NCBI GenBank assembly: GCA_965203555.1
Contig: CBDBCY010000001.1
Location: forward strand, 1 to 64,000
Reading direction: 5' to 3'
From: Acidimicrobiia bacterium
GTDB taxonomy: Bacteria; Actinomycetota; Acidimicrobiia; Spongiisociales; ZC4RG35
Length of the DNA: 64,000 nucleotides
The translations under genes and the position numbers were made by a program. Shown here in pieces: positions 19,667 to 29,393 of this stretch. A model generated the notes under the pieces. It saw only the letters and a program-made list of their open reading frames with translations. It was not told the origin of the DNA and ran no database searches. Numbering within the stretch: the stretch's first letter is position 1; each line of letters starts with the position of its first letter.

Positions 19667-20694
19667 ACCACCTTCCGGGTGACGCCCTTGGAGAGGCAGA
19701 ATCCCGAGAAGAACACCGAGTGAGAGGCATTTCCCTCGGTACCCCCGCCCACCACGATCCTCAGGTCGTCAGGCGTCTCGCAGATCAAGACTTTGTCGTT
19801 GTCCACCGTCCAGTCTCCCTGGGGAATATTGCCCTCCGGCGGGTAGTCGGACAGGGGGACCTTTCCCATCTCCCACAGATGCTCGCGCAAGCGTTTCTTG
19901 CTCCATCCGTCTCTGGCGAACACCCCGGCGTGGGCGGGGCTCATCAACAAGGTGAGAGTCCCCCGGGAGAAGAACTGGCTGGTGGCGGTGGAACGAAGCG
20001 TCTTGGCCAGCATCTTGGCCAGGGAATCGGGCGTCCACCACACGGCGGTGGAGTTGATCACCGACTCTATTCCCGCCACCGAAACAGTTGAATCGTCCGG
20101 CCGGTATCCCAACTGCACGTGCAGCGGCTCCCAGGGGCTTGACTCCTCGTCCTCGGGCACCACCAGGGTGTACTTGGCCGGGCTGCCATGAGTGGCCTGG
20201 TCCACTCCGATATACGCTCCCCCCAGATTGCGCATCGCCAACCGCAGAGCGCGTCCGATGGTGGCGTTGGCCCGGTTTCCCGGACCCAACAGGTTCCGGT
20301 CGGTGTTCATGCGCAGTTCCCGGCGGATCGGCCCATTGACCACCACCAGCGGGGTGGCCGGGTTGGTGGTTGACTGGATGGCGTGCAGGTTGAAGATGGG
20401 CTCGCACATGGCCGACATGGCGGCGATGATCACCGGCATGTAGGAGGGAAGACACCCGGCCATCACCGCGTTGACGGACAGTTTCTCCACGGTGGCCACT
20501 CCCCGCTTGGGATCGATTATCCCGATTTCCTCTCCCGGGTGGCGCCCGCTTCCGGCCACCATGGCGGCCACCCGCTCGGGCGTGGGAGGTATTACCGGCA
20601 GACCGTCGGAGAGGTCCTGCTCACAGAACCAATCTTGGATGGCGTCCAGACCTCGATCGGTCGGGCAATCAAGCTCCCGGGACAAAAGCTCCAT
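19663..20694 (-). CDS. conserved protein typically paired with UGSC-type selenoproteins
   Basis: SDGLPVIPPTPERV...ATVEKLSVNAVMAGC...GNRANATIGRALRL motifs; adjacent to the UGSC-type gene. Confidence 0.8.
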   Translation of the reverse strand: MELLSRELDCPTDRGLDAIQDWFCEQDLSDGLPVIPPTPERVAAMVAGSGRHPGEEIGIIDPKRGVATVEKLSVNAVMAGCLPSYMPVIIAAMSAMCEPIFNLHAIQSTTNPATPLVVVNGPIRRELRMNTDRNLLGPGNRANATIGRALRLAMRNLGGAYIGVDQATHGSPAKYTLVVPEDEESSPWEPLHVQLGYRPDDSTVSVAGIESVINSTAVWWTPDSLAKMLAKTLRSTATSQFFSRGTLTLLMSPAHAGVFARDGWSKKRLREHLWEMGKVPLSDYPPEGNIPQGDWTVDNDKVLICETPDDLRIVVGGGTEGNASHSVFFSGFCLSKGVTRKVV

Positions 20695-20716
20695 CTATCC
20701 ACCATCCTCCGGCCAC

Positions 20717-21259
20717 TCAGGCCAGCGGGTCCCGCACCGCCTCGATGAGAGGAACGATCTCATTGTCGACCGCCCACTCCACCACCGGGCGCAATTCTTC
20801 GGTGGTCATTACTTCGGTCTGGTGGGGGAAGATCACCATTGGCAGGTCCGGCACTCCCCTGCTGGCCAGAGTGGCGCGGGCCAACTCCTCGAAGGCCTCG
20901 GTGATCAGCACCACCGTTCCGATCCCCTGCTTCCTCAACTCGGTTCCGTCGTGGCAACTCCACGCTGTGCAAGCCCCTCAGTTGCCGAGACCCAGCACCG
21001 CGAAGTGGCTGTACCCCACCACCTGGTCTATCACCTCTTGCGGGGTTGGTTCGGAGTGCTTGATCTTCCAGTGTCGCACATCGCCGATGAAAGAGAGTCG
21101 CCGGAGGCGTTCATCCACCAGTGCGGCGATACGGGTCATCGACTCCCAGCGGGAGTTGAGGATGCCCACGTTCAACTCCACCGCCTCCACCGGCTTGAGC
21201 GGATCGGCGGCGTCCAGGAGACGGTACTCCTCGGCGCGGGGGTCCAACAGTGCAGTCAT
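20717..21259 (-). CDS. UGSC-family selenoprotein, 180 aa, Sec encoded by in-frame TGA at 20978-20980
   Basis: ORFs 20978-21259 and 20717-20938 share a frame; read-through gives LGLGN-U-GACTAWSCHDG (UxxC); hairpin CGTGG-AGTTG-CCACG begins 13 nt after the UGA. Confidence 0.88.
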
Positions 21260-21261
21260 TC

Positions 21262-21579
21262 CTATTCCTCCGGTATCTCGAGGTCGGCCAGCATCAGATG
21301 CTGGTGGGCGCCGAACACGTCCTTGCAGGCCGGGTCGGAGGAGGCGATGTCCTTGACCATGGTCACCTTGAATGCCAGGGCGTTGTCCAGAAAGTAGATA
21401 CCCAGTACCTGGTCGGTGGTAAGGCCGTAGAGCGGCGCCAGCACCTCGGCGCTGATCCGACCCGACTCTTTCACCTGCCGGTAGGCGCCTTCGTCGTCGA
21501 AGAACACATCGAAGGTGGTGTTGAAGGGGTCGCAGTTCTTGGACCGCAGGGTCTTGGCGAAGTCACGAAGTCTGGGCAT
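21262..21579 (-). CDS. DUF4387 family protein
   Basis: LRDFAKTLRSKNCDPFNTTFDVFF...DVFGAHQH; usual partner of AtuA-like genes. Confidence 0.85.
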   Translation of the reverse strand: MPRLRDFAKTLRSKNCDPFNTTFDVFFDDEGAYRQVKESGRISAEVLAPLYGLTTDQVLGIYFLDNALAFKVTMVKDIASSDPACKDVFGAHQHLMLADLEIPEE

Positions 21580-22988
21580 CAGCGTCCCCTCGGAAAGTCG
21601 ACAATCTGATACGGGAAGAGTTCCAGCGGATCCTTGATTTCAAGCAGGTGCCAGACGTTGAAGGAGAACGCCGGGCCCACGTTGATGGTGGGCGGCGCGA
21701 AGCGGGTGGCCAGGTTGCCGGCCGAGGTCTGCCGGTTGGGATAGGGCTTGATCCAAAGCTCCATGCAGATGAAGTAGGCGAGGTTTTCGGCCAGTTCCTG
21801 GGTCTCGGCGATGACGTCCACCAGCAGGCCGATCTCATGGGGGCTGCGGCCCCGGAGAGGCTCGTTGGGACCGAGCACGCCGTTGCGCCCGTACTGGTCG
21901 AAGGTGATCGAATAGTGTTTGCCCTCGTCGAGGTGCCCGAATCTCGGTGACCCCGCGATGGTGGAGCGGATGTTGTCCAGGAACCAGTCCAGGCAGTCGA
22001 TAAAGGCCGGTTCCCGCACGCCGAACACGGCAATGGTGCGGTACCCCTCCCGCCGGGCGCCTTCCAGTTTGATCGTGTAGGGCGTATCCACCCAGATCGC
22101 TCCTTGGCTGCGCACTCCCGAGCCGGGGATCTCCCGGTAGGTGGCGTCGGTCAGGTCAAGGTAGCCGCCGGGGTTCTTCTCCATGAAGGGGTTGTCACGT
22201 TCGTACATGGAGTGGCTGGCGATGGACCGGGCGGTGGCCGCCTGGGTGTCCGACACCGGGTAGACGGAGATGGCGTCGGACTCCAGCACTCCGTAGATCG
22301 GCTCCGAGGGGTCGCCGGGGTGAAGCGCCAGGCCGGCGCATTCCAGCACCTTGGCCATGTGGGTGGTGGACCCGCGGGGGAACCCGGCCGCCAGCGGAGG
22401 GGCCATGTAGATCCCCACGTCCAGGGCCCGGCCGGTAATCACACCGTCCACTCCCGCCTCCAACGCCGCCATGATCGGCTCGGGTCCCATCTGCGCCACG
22501 ATGTGCTCGGAGGACTCGACGTCCTCGGGGGTCAGCATCTCGGACAAGTGCGGCGATTCCACCGCCCGGGGCGCCTTCGCGCCTGCCCTGATCCGCTCGG
22601 CCAGCACTTCCCGGTCCAGTTCACCGTCGATCACCGCGATCCGAAGCGGCATGTCATCCTCGGAAGTGATCTCGTCCACCCGTTCAAGGCACTCGTCCAA
22701 CTGGGTGCGCCCGCCGGCGATCCCCACCGAGAACACGAAGGGGACCCCCTGTTCCTTGGCGAACCGCATGTAGGGGCGGATGTTTTCCCGGAAGTTCTCG
22801 CTGGTGAACTGGGTGCCGCTCCCCAGCATGTAGGGTCCGAAATCCATGCCGGTGCCCTGCGAGCACACCGCATCCACACCCCGCCGGGCGGTCTCGGCCA
22901 GGAACTCATCCACCCGGGGATGGACGGGGATGTGGTTCACGAAGGAGAGGATGCGAAAGTCGTCTCTGGGCATGGAAGGACCTTTCAT
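21579..22988 (-). CDS. acyclic terpene utilization AtuA (DUF1446) family protein
   Basis: DFGPYMLGSG, IVAQMGPEPIMAAL...GRALD, AKVLECAG, ASHSMYE. Confidence 0.85.
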   Translation of the reverse strand: MKGPSMPRDDFRILSFVNHIPVHPRVDEFLAETARRGVDAVCSQGTGMDFGPYMLGSGTQFTSENFRENIRPYMRFAKEQGVPFVFSVGIAGGRTQLDECLERVDEITSEDDMPLRIAVIDGELDREVLAERIRAGAKAPRAVESPHLSEMLTPEDVESSEHIVAQMGPEPIMAALEAGVDGVITGRALDVGIYMAPPLAAGFPRGSTTHMAKVLECAGLALHPGDPSEPIYGVLESDAISVYPVSDTQAATARSIASHSMYERDNPFMEKNPGGYLDLTDATYREIPGSGVRSQGAIWVDTPYTIKLEGARREGYRTIAVFGVREPAFIDCLDWFLDNIRSTIAGSPRFGHLDEGKHYSITFDQYGRNGVLGPNEPLRGRSPHEIGLLVDVIAETQELAENLAYFICMELWIKPYPNRQTSAGNLATRFAPPTINVGPAFSFNVWHLLEIKDPLELFPYQIVDFPRGR

Positions 22989-22994
22989 GGAAAG

Positions 22995-24284
22995 CTAGCC
23001 GAAGAAGAAATTCACCGGCCCCAGAGTGAGGGGTGGGAAGAAGGCGATGATCAGCACATCAACGATGAGCACCGCGATGAAGGGCAGCACGGCCCTGATC
23101 AGGTCGGCAGAGGGGATCCCGGCGATCTTGGAGTTGACGAACAGGAGAACTCCATAGGGAGGAGTGAGGAGGCCGACCGCGATGGCGCCCATGAAGGTGA
23201 CCCCGTAGTGGATTGGGTCCATCCCCACCTCGGGTGAGGTGGCGATCGGCTCGAGGATGGGATAGAGCACCAGCACGATGGGGACTGTCTCCATGAAGGT
23301 GCCGATGATCAGGAGAAGAAGGATCATCATCAGGATCACCACGGCCGGGGTGCTCGAGAATCCCAGCATGAACTCGGTAAGCTGCTGGGGCACCTTGGCC
23401 AGGGTCAGGAACCGCCCAAAAGCCTGGGCCGTGGCGACGATGATGAACAACACCGCGGCGAACTCGGCCGATTCTTTGAGAATTTTGAAGAAGGTCTGCC
23501 ATCCCATCTCCCGGTATATGAAGATGGCTACCAGAAGCGAATAGACCACCGCCACCGCCGCCGCTTCGGTGGCGGTGAAGACTCCGGTCAGGATTCCTCC
23601 CATGATCACAACCGGGAACACCAGGGCCGGCAGCGCCTTGTAGGTGGCGACTCCCATGCGCTTGAGGCTGAGTCTCTCGGGATCGGCCTTCACTCCGGAG
23701 CGGGGTCGTCTGAGCCAGGCCACCGCCGCCAAAGAACAGGCGATCAGGATCCCCGGGCCGTACCCTCCCACGAACAGCTTGGTGATCGAGACACTGGTGG
23801 CTGCCCCCGCCAGGATCATCGGCACGCTGGGAGGGACGATGATCCCTATCGAACTTGAGGCGGCGGTGACCCCCGCCGCGTAGGGGGTGGGGTAACCACC
23901 CTTTTTCATCTCCGGCACCAGCACCGACCCGATGGCCGCGGAGTCGGCGGTGGCCGAACCGGAAATCCCCCCGAAGAACATGGACCCGAAGACGTTCACG
24001 TAGGCCAGGCGGAGGCGACTGAACCCGAATAGGAGATCCACCCAGCCGATCAGGCGCCGGGAAACCCCGCCCGCCAGAATGAGATTGCCGGCCAGAACGA
24101 ACAGGGGAGCGGCGAACAGCACCAACGAGTCGATCCCGTTGATGGAGTTTCGCACCACGTCGATCAGCGAGGCCGAGGGGTGCAGCAGCACTCCCACGAT
24201 GGTGGCGCCACCCAGGGACACGAAGATCGGCACCCGCAACGCCAGAAGCAAGAACAGCGTGCCGAATACCGCCACCAGCAACAT
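22995..24284 (-). CDS. dctM: TRAP transporter large permease
   Basis: GISGSATADSAAIG, IIVPPSVPMI, GVFTATEAA, GLLTPPYG. Confidence 0.95.
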   Translation of the reverse strand: MLLVAVFGTLFLLLALRVPIFVSLGGATIVGVLLHPSASLIDVVRNSINGIDSLVLFAAPLFVLAGNLILAGGVSRRLIGWVDLLFGFSRLRLAYVNVFGSMFFGGISGSATADSAAIGSVLVPEMKKGGYPTPYAAGVTAASSSIGIIVPPSVPMILAGAATSVSITKLFVGGYGPGILIACSLAAVAWLRRPRSGVKADPERLSLKRMGVATYKALPALVFPVVIMGGILTGVFTATEAAAVAVVYSLLVAIFIYREMGWQTFFKILKESAEFAAVLFIIVATAQAFGRFLTLAKVPQQLTEFMLGFSSTPAVVILMMILLLLIIGTFMETVPIVLVLYPILEPIATSPEVGMDPIHYGVTFMGAIAVGLLTPPYGVLLFVNSKIAGIPSADLIRAVLPFIAVLIVDVLIIAFFPPLTLGPVNFFFG

Positions 24285-24286
24285 GA

Positions 24287-24787
24287 TCAGGCCTCCACGG
24301 CCGTCGCCGCCGGTTCGGGGTCGTCGGAAGAGCGGAACAGATCGACGATTTCATCGATCCCCAAGATCAAAGCCAGGGCGGCGCCCACCGGAGCGGCGGC
24401 GTATTGCCAGGAGCGGGAGATCTTGGTGATGGGCATGGTCTGGCCGGAAACCTTGGTGGCGAGGACCGTCCCGTACCAGACGAAAAAGATCAGCAGCGCC
24501 CACTTGAAGGCGATCGAGACTATCGCTATCCAGCGGCGCTCTGTCACGATGTCGATAATCAGATGCTTGCCCTTCATGGTGGTGGCCAGCCCCACGAACA
24601 CCAGCCAGATGAGCATGATTCTGGGCACCTCCTCGGACCAGACGATCGAAGAGTTGAAAACGTATCGCATCACCACCTGGACGAACATCAGAAGAGAGAG
24701 TCCAGCCAGCAATACGGCGAGGAGCAGTCGGAGCACCGCGATGGTGCTCCGACTGCCTCTACTAATAAGGTCGGCTACCGAGCTCAC
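24287..24787 (-). CDS. dctQ: TRAP transporter small permease
   Basis: QVVMRYVFNSSIVWSEEVPR; GTG start overlaps the dctP stop. Confidence 0.92.
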   Translation of the reverse strand: MSSVADLISRGSRSTIAVLRLLLAVLLAGLSLLMFVQVVMRYVFNSSIVWSEEVPRIMLIWLVFVGLATTMKGKHLIIDIVTERRWIAIVSIAFKWALLIFFVWYGTVLATKVSGQTMPITKISRSWQYAAAPVGAALALILGIDEIVDLFRSSDDPEPAATAVEA

Positions 24788-26835
24788 GGAGCAGCCGCAC
24801 GAATGCGGTCCGCCCACTCGGCCAATTCGGGACGTTCGTCATAGATGGCCGCCACCGCGGAGCGGAAGGCGTCCTTGTTGACGTCGTTGACTTCCCAGCC
24901 CTGGTTCTTCAGTTCCTCGAGGTAACCGTCGTCCAGCTTGGCCGCCTCGGTGCGCTGGTGGGCCGCAGCTTCTATAGCCGCCTGCTGCACCAACTGCTGA
25001 GCCGCCGGGCCGAGACTGTCGAACAGGTCGCCACCCATGAACATGAGAAGCGCCGCGTAGATGTGCTCGGTGAGCGACAGGTACTTGACCGGCGTCTCGT
25101 AGTACTTCTGCGTAACCGCCGCGAAGATCGGCGCGCCGGTCCCGTCCACCACACCGTTCTGCAGCGACGTGAAGATCTCCGGACCGGGCAGAGGCACCGG
25201 ATTGGCGCCCACCAACTCGTAGGTACGGATGTAAATGTCAGACTCCGGCACCCGGAACTTCAGACCGGCCGCATCTTCGGGATTGACGATGGGCCGCTGG
25301 CTGTTCATCATCGAACGCAGACCGAACTGGCCGATCGCCAACGCCTTGATGTCGACATCCTCGGCCAATGCGAGTAGGTCTCGTCCTACCGGACCGTCGA
25401 ACACCGCATTCACATGGTCCTGGCCGTCGAACAGGAACGGCAAGTTCACCACACCCATCTCGGGCACGAAACTCTCCAGCAACCCGGCGAACACCACACC
25501 GGCATCGATCGAACCCAACTGGGCGCCCTCGACCAACTCACGCTCGCTTCCGATCTGAGAAGACGGGAACACTTCCACCGTCATCCGACCACCGGAACGC
25601 TCTTCGACCAACTCCTTGAACCTGACGGCCGCCACATCGGCATAACCACCCGGTGCGCCCGAATGCCCGATATTGATCGTAACCTCGGGCAGGAGGGAGA
25701 CGTCAACTGCGCCGCTGGGGCTCACGGCCCGGATGCGGTCGGCCCACTCGGCCAACTCGGGACGCTCGTCATAGACGCCCGCCACCGCGGAGCGGAACAG
25801 GCCCTTGTCGACGTCGTTGACTTCCCAGCCCTGGTTCCTCAGTTCCTCGAGGTAACCGTCGTCCAGCTTGGCCGCCTCGGCGCGCTGATGGGCAGCCGCG
25901 GCGGAAGCCGACTGCTCGATCAGGTCCTGGGCCTTGGGGGGCAGGCTGTCCCACAACTCACCCGACATGAACATGAGAAGCGCCGCGTAGATGTGCTCGG
26001 TGAGCGACAGGTACTTGACCGGCGTCTCGTAGTACTTCTGCGTAACCGCCGCGAAGATCGGCGCGCCGGTTCCGTCCACCACGCCGTTCTGCAGCGACGT
26101 GAAGATCTCCGGGCCGGGCAGAGGCACCGGATTGGCGCCCACCAACTCGTAGGTACGGATGTAAATGTCGGACTCCGGCACCCGGAACTTCAGACCGGCC
26201 GCGTCGGAGGGGGTATAGATGGCCCGCTGGCTGTTCATCATCGAACGCAGACCGAACTGGCCGATCGCCAGCGCCTTGATGCCCACGTCTTCAGCCAGAC
26301 CCAACAACTCGCGTCCCACCGGACCGTCGAACACCGCATTCACGTGGTCCTGGCCGTCGAACAGGAAGGGAAGGTTCACCACGCCCATCTCGGGCACGAA
26401 GCTCTCCAGAATCCCGGCGAACACCACACCGGCGTCGATCGAACCCAACTGGGCGCCCTCGACCAACTCACGCTCGCTTCCGATCTGAGAAGACGGGAAC
26501 ACTTCCACCGTCATCCGACCACCAGAGCCTTCTTCGACCAACTCCTTGAACCTGACGGCCGCCACATCGGCATAACCGTCAGGAGCGCCCGAGTGCCCGA
26601 TGTTGATGGTGACCTCGGGATAGTCGGGCTCGGCCGGCTCATCCGGAGTTTCGGCCGGCTCATCCGGAGTGTCAGCCGGTTCATCCGGAGTTTCGGCCGG
26701 TTCGTCCGGAGTGTCAGAAGGCGCTGCAGTGGTAGTTACCGCGGCCTCGGTGGTGGCAGTGGGCTCATCGTCTCCGTCTCCGCATGCCGCGGCCAAGAGA
26801 GCCAGAACTCCCAGAACTGCTATGAATTTTCTCAC
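24784..26835 (-). CDS. dctP: TRAP substrate-binding lipoprotein with two tandem DctP domains
   Basis: Lipobox LAAACG; FPSSQIGSERE...GLKFRVP...LQNGVVDG present twice. Confidence 0.93.
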   Translation of the reverse strand: MRKFIAVLGVLALLAAACGDGDDEPTATTEAAVTTTAAPSDTPDEPAETPDEPADTPDEPAETPDEPAEPDYPEVTINIGHSGAPDGYADVAAVRFKELVEEGSGGRMTVEVFPSSQIGSERELVEGAQLGSIDAGVVFAGILESFVPEMGVVNLPFLFDGQDHVNAVFDGPVGRELLGLAEDVGIKALAIGQFGLRSMMNSQRAIYTPSDAAGLKFRVPESDIYIRTYELVGANPVPLPGPEIFTSLQNGVVDGTGAPIFAAVTQKYYETPVKYLSLTEHIYAALLMFMSGELWDSLPPKAQDLIEQSASAAAAHQRAEAAKLDDGYLEELRNQGWEVNDVDKGLFRSAVAGVYDERPELAEWADRIRAVSPSGAVDVSLLPEVTINIGHSGAPGGYADVAAVRFKELVEERSGGRMTVEVFPSSQIGSERELVEGAQLGSIDAGVVFAGLLESFVPEMGVVNLPFLFDGQDHVNAVFDGPVGRDLLALAEDVDIKALAIGQFGLRSMMNSQRPIVNPEDAAGLKFRVPESDIYIRTYELVGANPVPLPGPEIFTSLQNGVVDGTGAPIFAAVTQKYYETPVKYLSLTEHIYAALLMFMGGDLFDSLGPAAQQLVQQAAIEAAAHQRTEAAKLDDGYLEELKNQGWEVNDVNKDAFRSAVAAIYDERPELAEWADRIRAAAP
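24795..26620. repeat. near-identical intragenic duplication, 930-bp period
   Basis: TCTTCGACCAACTCCTTGAACCTGACGGCC at 25601 and 26531; long identical tracts throughout. Confidence 0.95.
26635..26718. repeat. 21-bp repeat x4 encoding a TPDEPA(E/D) linker
   Basis: CGG(C/T)TC(A/G)TCCGGAGT units. Confidence 0.9.
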
Positions 26836-26980
26836 TGGTTACCTCCGTTGGCGAAATAGTTTCGTTTGGGACGTAGTTTCCCCGCAGTGTCCTGGCGGGG
26901 GAAACGCTTTGTATACCATATTACAGTACCGAAGATCCGGTGCTCTATGCTGGCAAAACCTGATATTTCAGTACGCAAAA

Positions 26981-28204
26981 ATGAAAAATACCACCCCTGA
27001 TCTGCTGTCCGAATTCGCAATGGTGCTGGTGGGCGAGGCCGACCCGTTCCCCTTCTATTCACGGGCTCGCCACCAGGCGCCCCTGTTCTGGAGTCCCCGC
27101 ATCGAGGGGTGGGTGGCTTCCCGTCGCTCGGAAGTGGCCGAGGTATTGCAGGATGAGAGCCGCTTCGCTCCCTTGATGGGCGGACCGGGGTCTTCGGCCA
27201 TCCACGGACGGGTGATCCTTCACATGGAGGGGCGGGAGCATCAGCGCCATTCCGCTCTCCTGAGCCGATGGATCCGGCACCGCGCAAGACTCGCCGGAGA
27301 GTTGCGCGACTTGACCGAGCAGATCACCGCCCGACTGTTGGACGCGTTGCCCTGGGACCGCCCGGCTGAACTCCATCAGGGTCTCAACACCTCGTTGCCA
27401 ATGGAAGTGACCGCCACCATGATGGGCATCCCCGACGTGGCTCGCTTCCGACCCTGGTACGACGCCATCGGCAAGGCCAGCGTCACCAACATCAGAAACG
27501 ATCCCGAGATCACCCGCAACGGCATCGAAGCTCGAGAAGCCCTGGGCGAATACCTCAACCCGATCATCGCCGAAAAACGCCGCCATCCCACCCACGACCT
27601 GCTTTCGGAACTGTGCCAGGCCCAGATCGAAGGAGAGCGGCTTTCCACCGAGTTGATTGCCTCCACCTGTTCGCTGCTCCTGGCCGCCGGGGTGGAAACC
27701 ACCTCGCGGGGTTTGTCCAACTTGATGTGGGTGCTGTTCTCCGACCGGGATCTATGGGAGGAGATCAGAGAGGACCGGGGCCTGGTGCAGAGGGCCTGCG
27801 CCGAGATCCTCCGCTATCTCCCTCCCGCCCATGCACTGGTCCGCAAGGCCAAGGTCGACACCGAACTGGCCGGGGTGCAGGTGCAGGCCGACCACAAGAT
27901 CATGGTGCTGCTGGGGTCGGCCAACTGGGACGAGACCCATTTCGAAAACCCCGAGGAATTCCAGTTGCATCGGTTCGCCGACAGCGCCTTCCGCCAGTTC
28001 ACTCCCCGCTCGGACATCCTCCCCTTCGGCGCCGGCAAGCACCACTGCACCGGGTCGCTTTTGGCATTGATGGAGATGGAGGTGGTGATCAACCGCTTCA
28101 TGGACCGGGTGCGCTGGGCGGAATGGGTGAACGGGCCACCTCCCATGACCGGGTACTCCCTCCGCTCCCCCGCTGACGTCACTGTCAGGCTGACCCCCGC
28201 CTGA
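26981..28204 (+). CDS. cytochrome P450
   Basis: AAGVETTS I-helix, EILR (ExxR), FGAGKHHCTG heme motif. Confidence 0.95.
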   Translation: MKNTTPDLLSEFAMVLVGEADPFPFYSRARHQAPLFWSPRIEGWVASRRSEVAEVLQDESRFAPLMGGPGSSAIHGRVILHMEGREHQRHSALLSRWIRHRARLAGELRDLTEQITARLLDALPWDRPAELHQGLNTSLPMEVTATMMGIPDVARFRPWYDAIGKASVTNIRNDPEITRNGIEAREALGEYLNPIIAEKRRHPTHDLLSELCQAQIEGERLSTELIASTCSLLLAAGVETTSRGLSNLMWVLFSDRDLWEEIREDRGLVQRACAEILRYLPPAHALVRKAKVDTELAGVQVQADHKIMVLLGSANWDETHFENPEEFQLHRFADSAFRQFTPRSDILPFGAGKHHCTGSLLALMEMEVVINRFMDRVRWAEWVNGPPPMTGYSLRSPADVTVRLTPA

Positions 28205-28392
28205 GAACCTCGGATCTCAGCGATCCAGAGGACTCCCCGTGTATCGGACCCATGGCATGGCCGGGTTTGGGAGCAGCCACGGCGGACCACGACGACTCCT
28301 TCAACGATCTGTGCGCCGACCTGCAAACACACTGATCGACCTCCCACCTGCCGCGTTTAGACACCTCGGTCTCGCGCCGGCGCTTTTGCCTC

Positions 28393-28463
28393 GCCGCTGC
28401 CGGCGAACCCCTCTCAGATTCTCAGATCACCACCGCAGCCAATGCGTGCCGGCGAGCGATCTC
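28393..28463. repeat. ~70-bp direct repeat, left of vapBC
   Basis: GCCGCTGCCGGCGA...CTCAGATTCTCAGAT...GCCAATGC...GCCGGCGAG.GATCTC matches 29280-29348. Confidence 0.85.
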
Positions 28464-28502
28464 AAACCGGTGAGGACTCCGGGCCGAGGATGAAGCCGCT
28501 GG

Positions 28503-28530
28503 GACTTAGTCATCGGACTTAGTCTATAAT
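28503..28530 (+). promoter_or_regulatory. vapBC promoter with tandem GACTTAGTC operators
   Basis: GACTnAGTC palindromes at 28503 and 28516, followed by TATAAT at 28525. Confidence 0.75.
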
Positions 28531-28558
28531 TCCGTTTGACAGGAACAGGAGGCCCGAC

Positions 28559-28795
28559 ATGACTGCCACCGTGAATGTGCACCAAGCCAAAACACACCTG
28601 TCCAGGTTGATGGAACGCGCCCATGCCGGAGAACAGATCGTCCTAGCAAAGGCCGGGAAACCCTACGCGCTGTTGGGACCTCTACCGCCGTCTCCGACGA
28701 CCCGCCGGCCCGGACGACTGGCCGGGGAGTACGTCGGCCCCGAGATTCTCCTGCCGTTGCCCGAGGCGGTGCTGGACGCCTGGGAGGGTCGTTGA
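28559..28795 (+). CDS. vapB: Phd/YefM-type VapB antitoxin
   Basis: VNVHQAKTHLSRLMERAHAGEQIVLAKAGKP. Confidence 0.92.
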   Translation: MTATVNVHQAKTHLSRLMERAHAGEQIVLAKAGKPYALLGPLPPSPTTRRPGRLAGEYVGPEILLPLPEAVLDAWEGR

Positions 28796-29181
28796 CGCGC
28801 CTGCTCTTGGACACCCACACCCTGCTTTGGTGGTGGACCGACGATGACAGCCTCTCCGACGAGGCCCGGCAGGCGATAGCCGACCCCGGCGCCGAGGTTC
28901 ACGTCAGCGCTGCCAGCGCCTGGGAGATCTCCACGCTGTGGAGACTGGGACGTATCGAGCACGCCCCCGGCGCCGTCAGTCGCTTCCACGAACTCGTGGC
29001 AGCCGATGGTTTTCACCATCTCGCCATCACCCACTTTCATAGTCTGCGAGCGGGCGGCTACGCAGTGGAACACCGGGATCCGTTCGATCGGATGCTGGCC
29101 GCTCAAAGCGAGTTGGAAGGACTGACCCTGGTCACCAGGGACATCGCCTTCACACAGTTTCCGGCCATCGTCTTCTGGTGA
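28792..29181 (+). CDS. vapC: VapC PIN-domain toxin
   Basis: LLLDTHTLLWW, SAASAWEI, HRDPFDRMLAAQ, LVTRD. Confidence 0.94.
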   Translation: MTRLLLDTHTLLWWWTDDDSLSDEARQAIADPGAEVHVSAASAWEISTLWRLGRIEHAPGAVSRFHELVAADGFHHLAITHFHSLRAGGYAVEHRDPFDRMLAAQSELEGLTLVTRDIAFTQFPAIVFW

Positions 29182-29279
29182 GCCCGCCGGCGCGCTCTGC
29201 ATCCCGAGGGATGGTTGCTGCGGCCCTTCGCCCCGGATGCAGAGACGATCTCGACAACGGCCACTCCCCGTCAAGTCCA

Positions 29280-29348
29280 GCCGCTGCCGGCGACCCCCTC
29301 AGATTCTCAGATTTCCACCTCGGCCAATGCAAGCCGGCGAGTGATCTC
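29280..29348. repeat. ~70-bp direct repeat, right of vapBC
   Basis: Matches 28393-28463. Confidence 0.85.
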
Positions 29349-29393
29349 CGACCCTGAGTTCGAAGGCTGCGAAGACCCGCCGCATTACCAAAG

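Noticed and set aside
26669-26980. N-terminal extension of the P450 ORF
   Set aside because: Overlaps the divergent dctP start; P450 similarity begins near ATG 26981.
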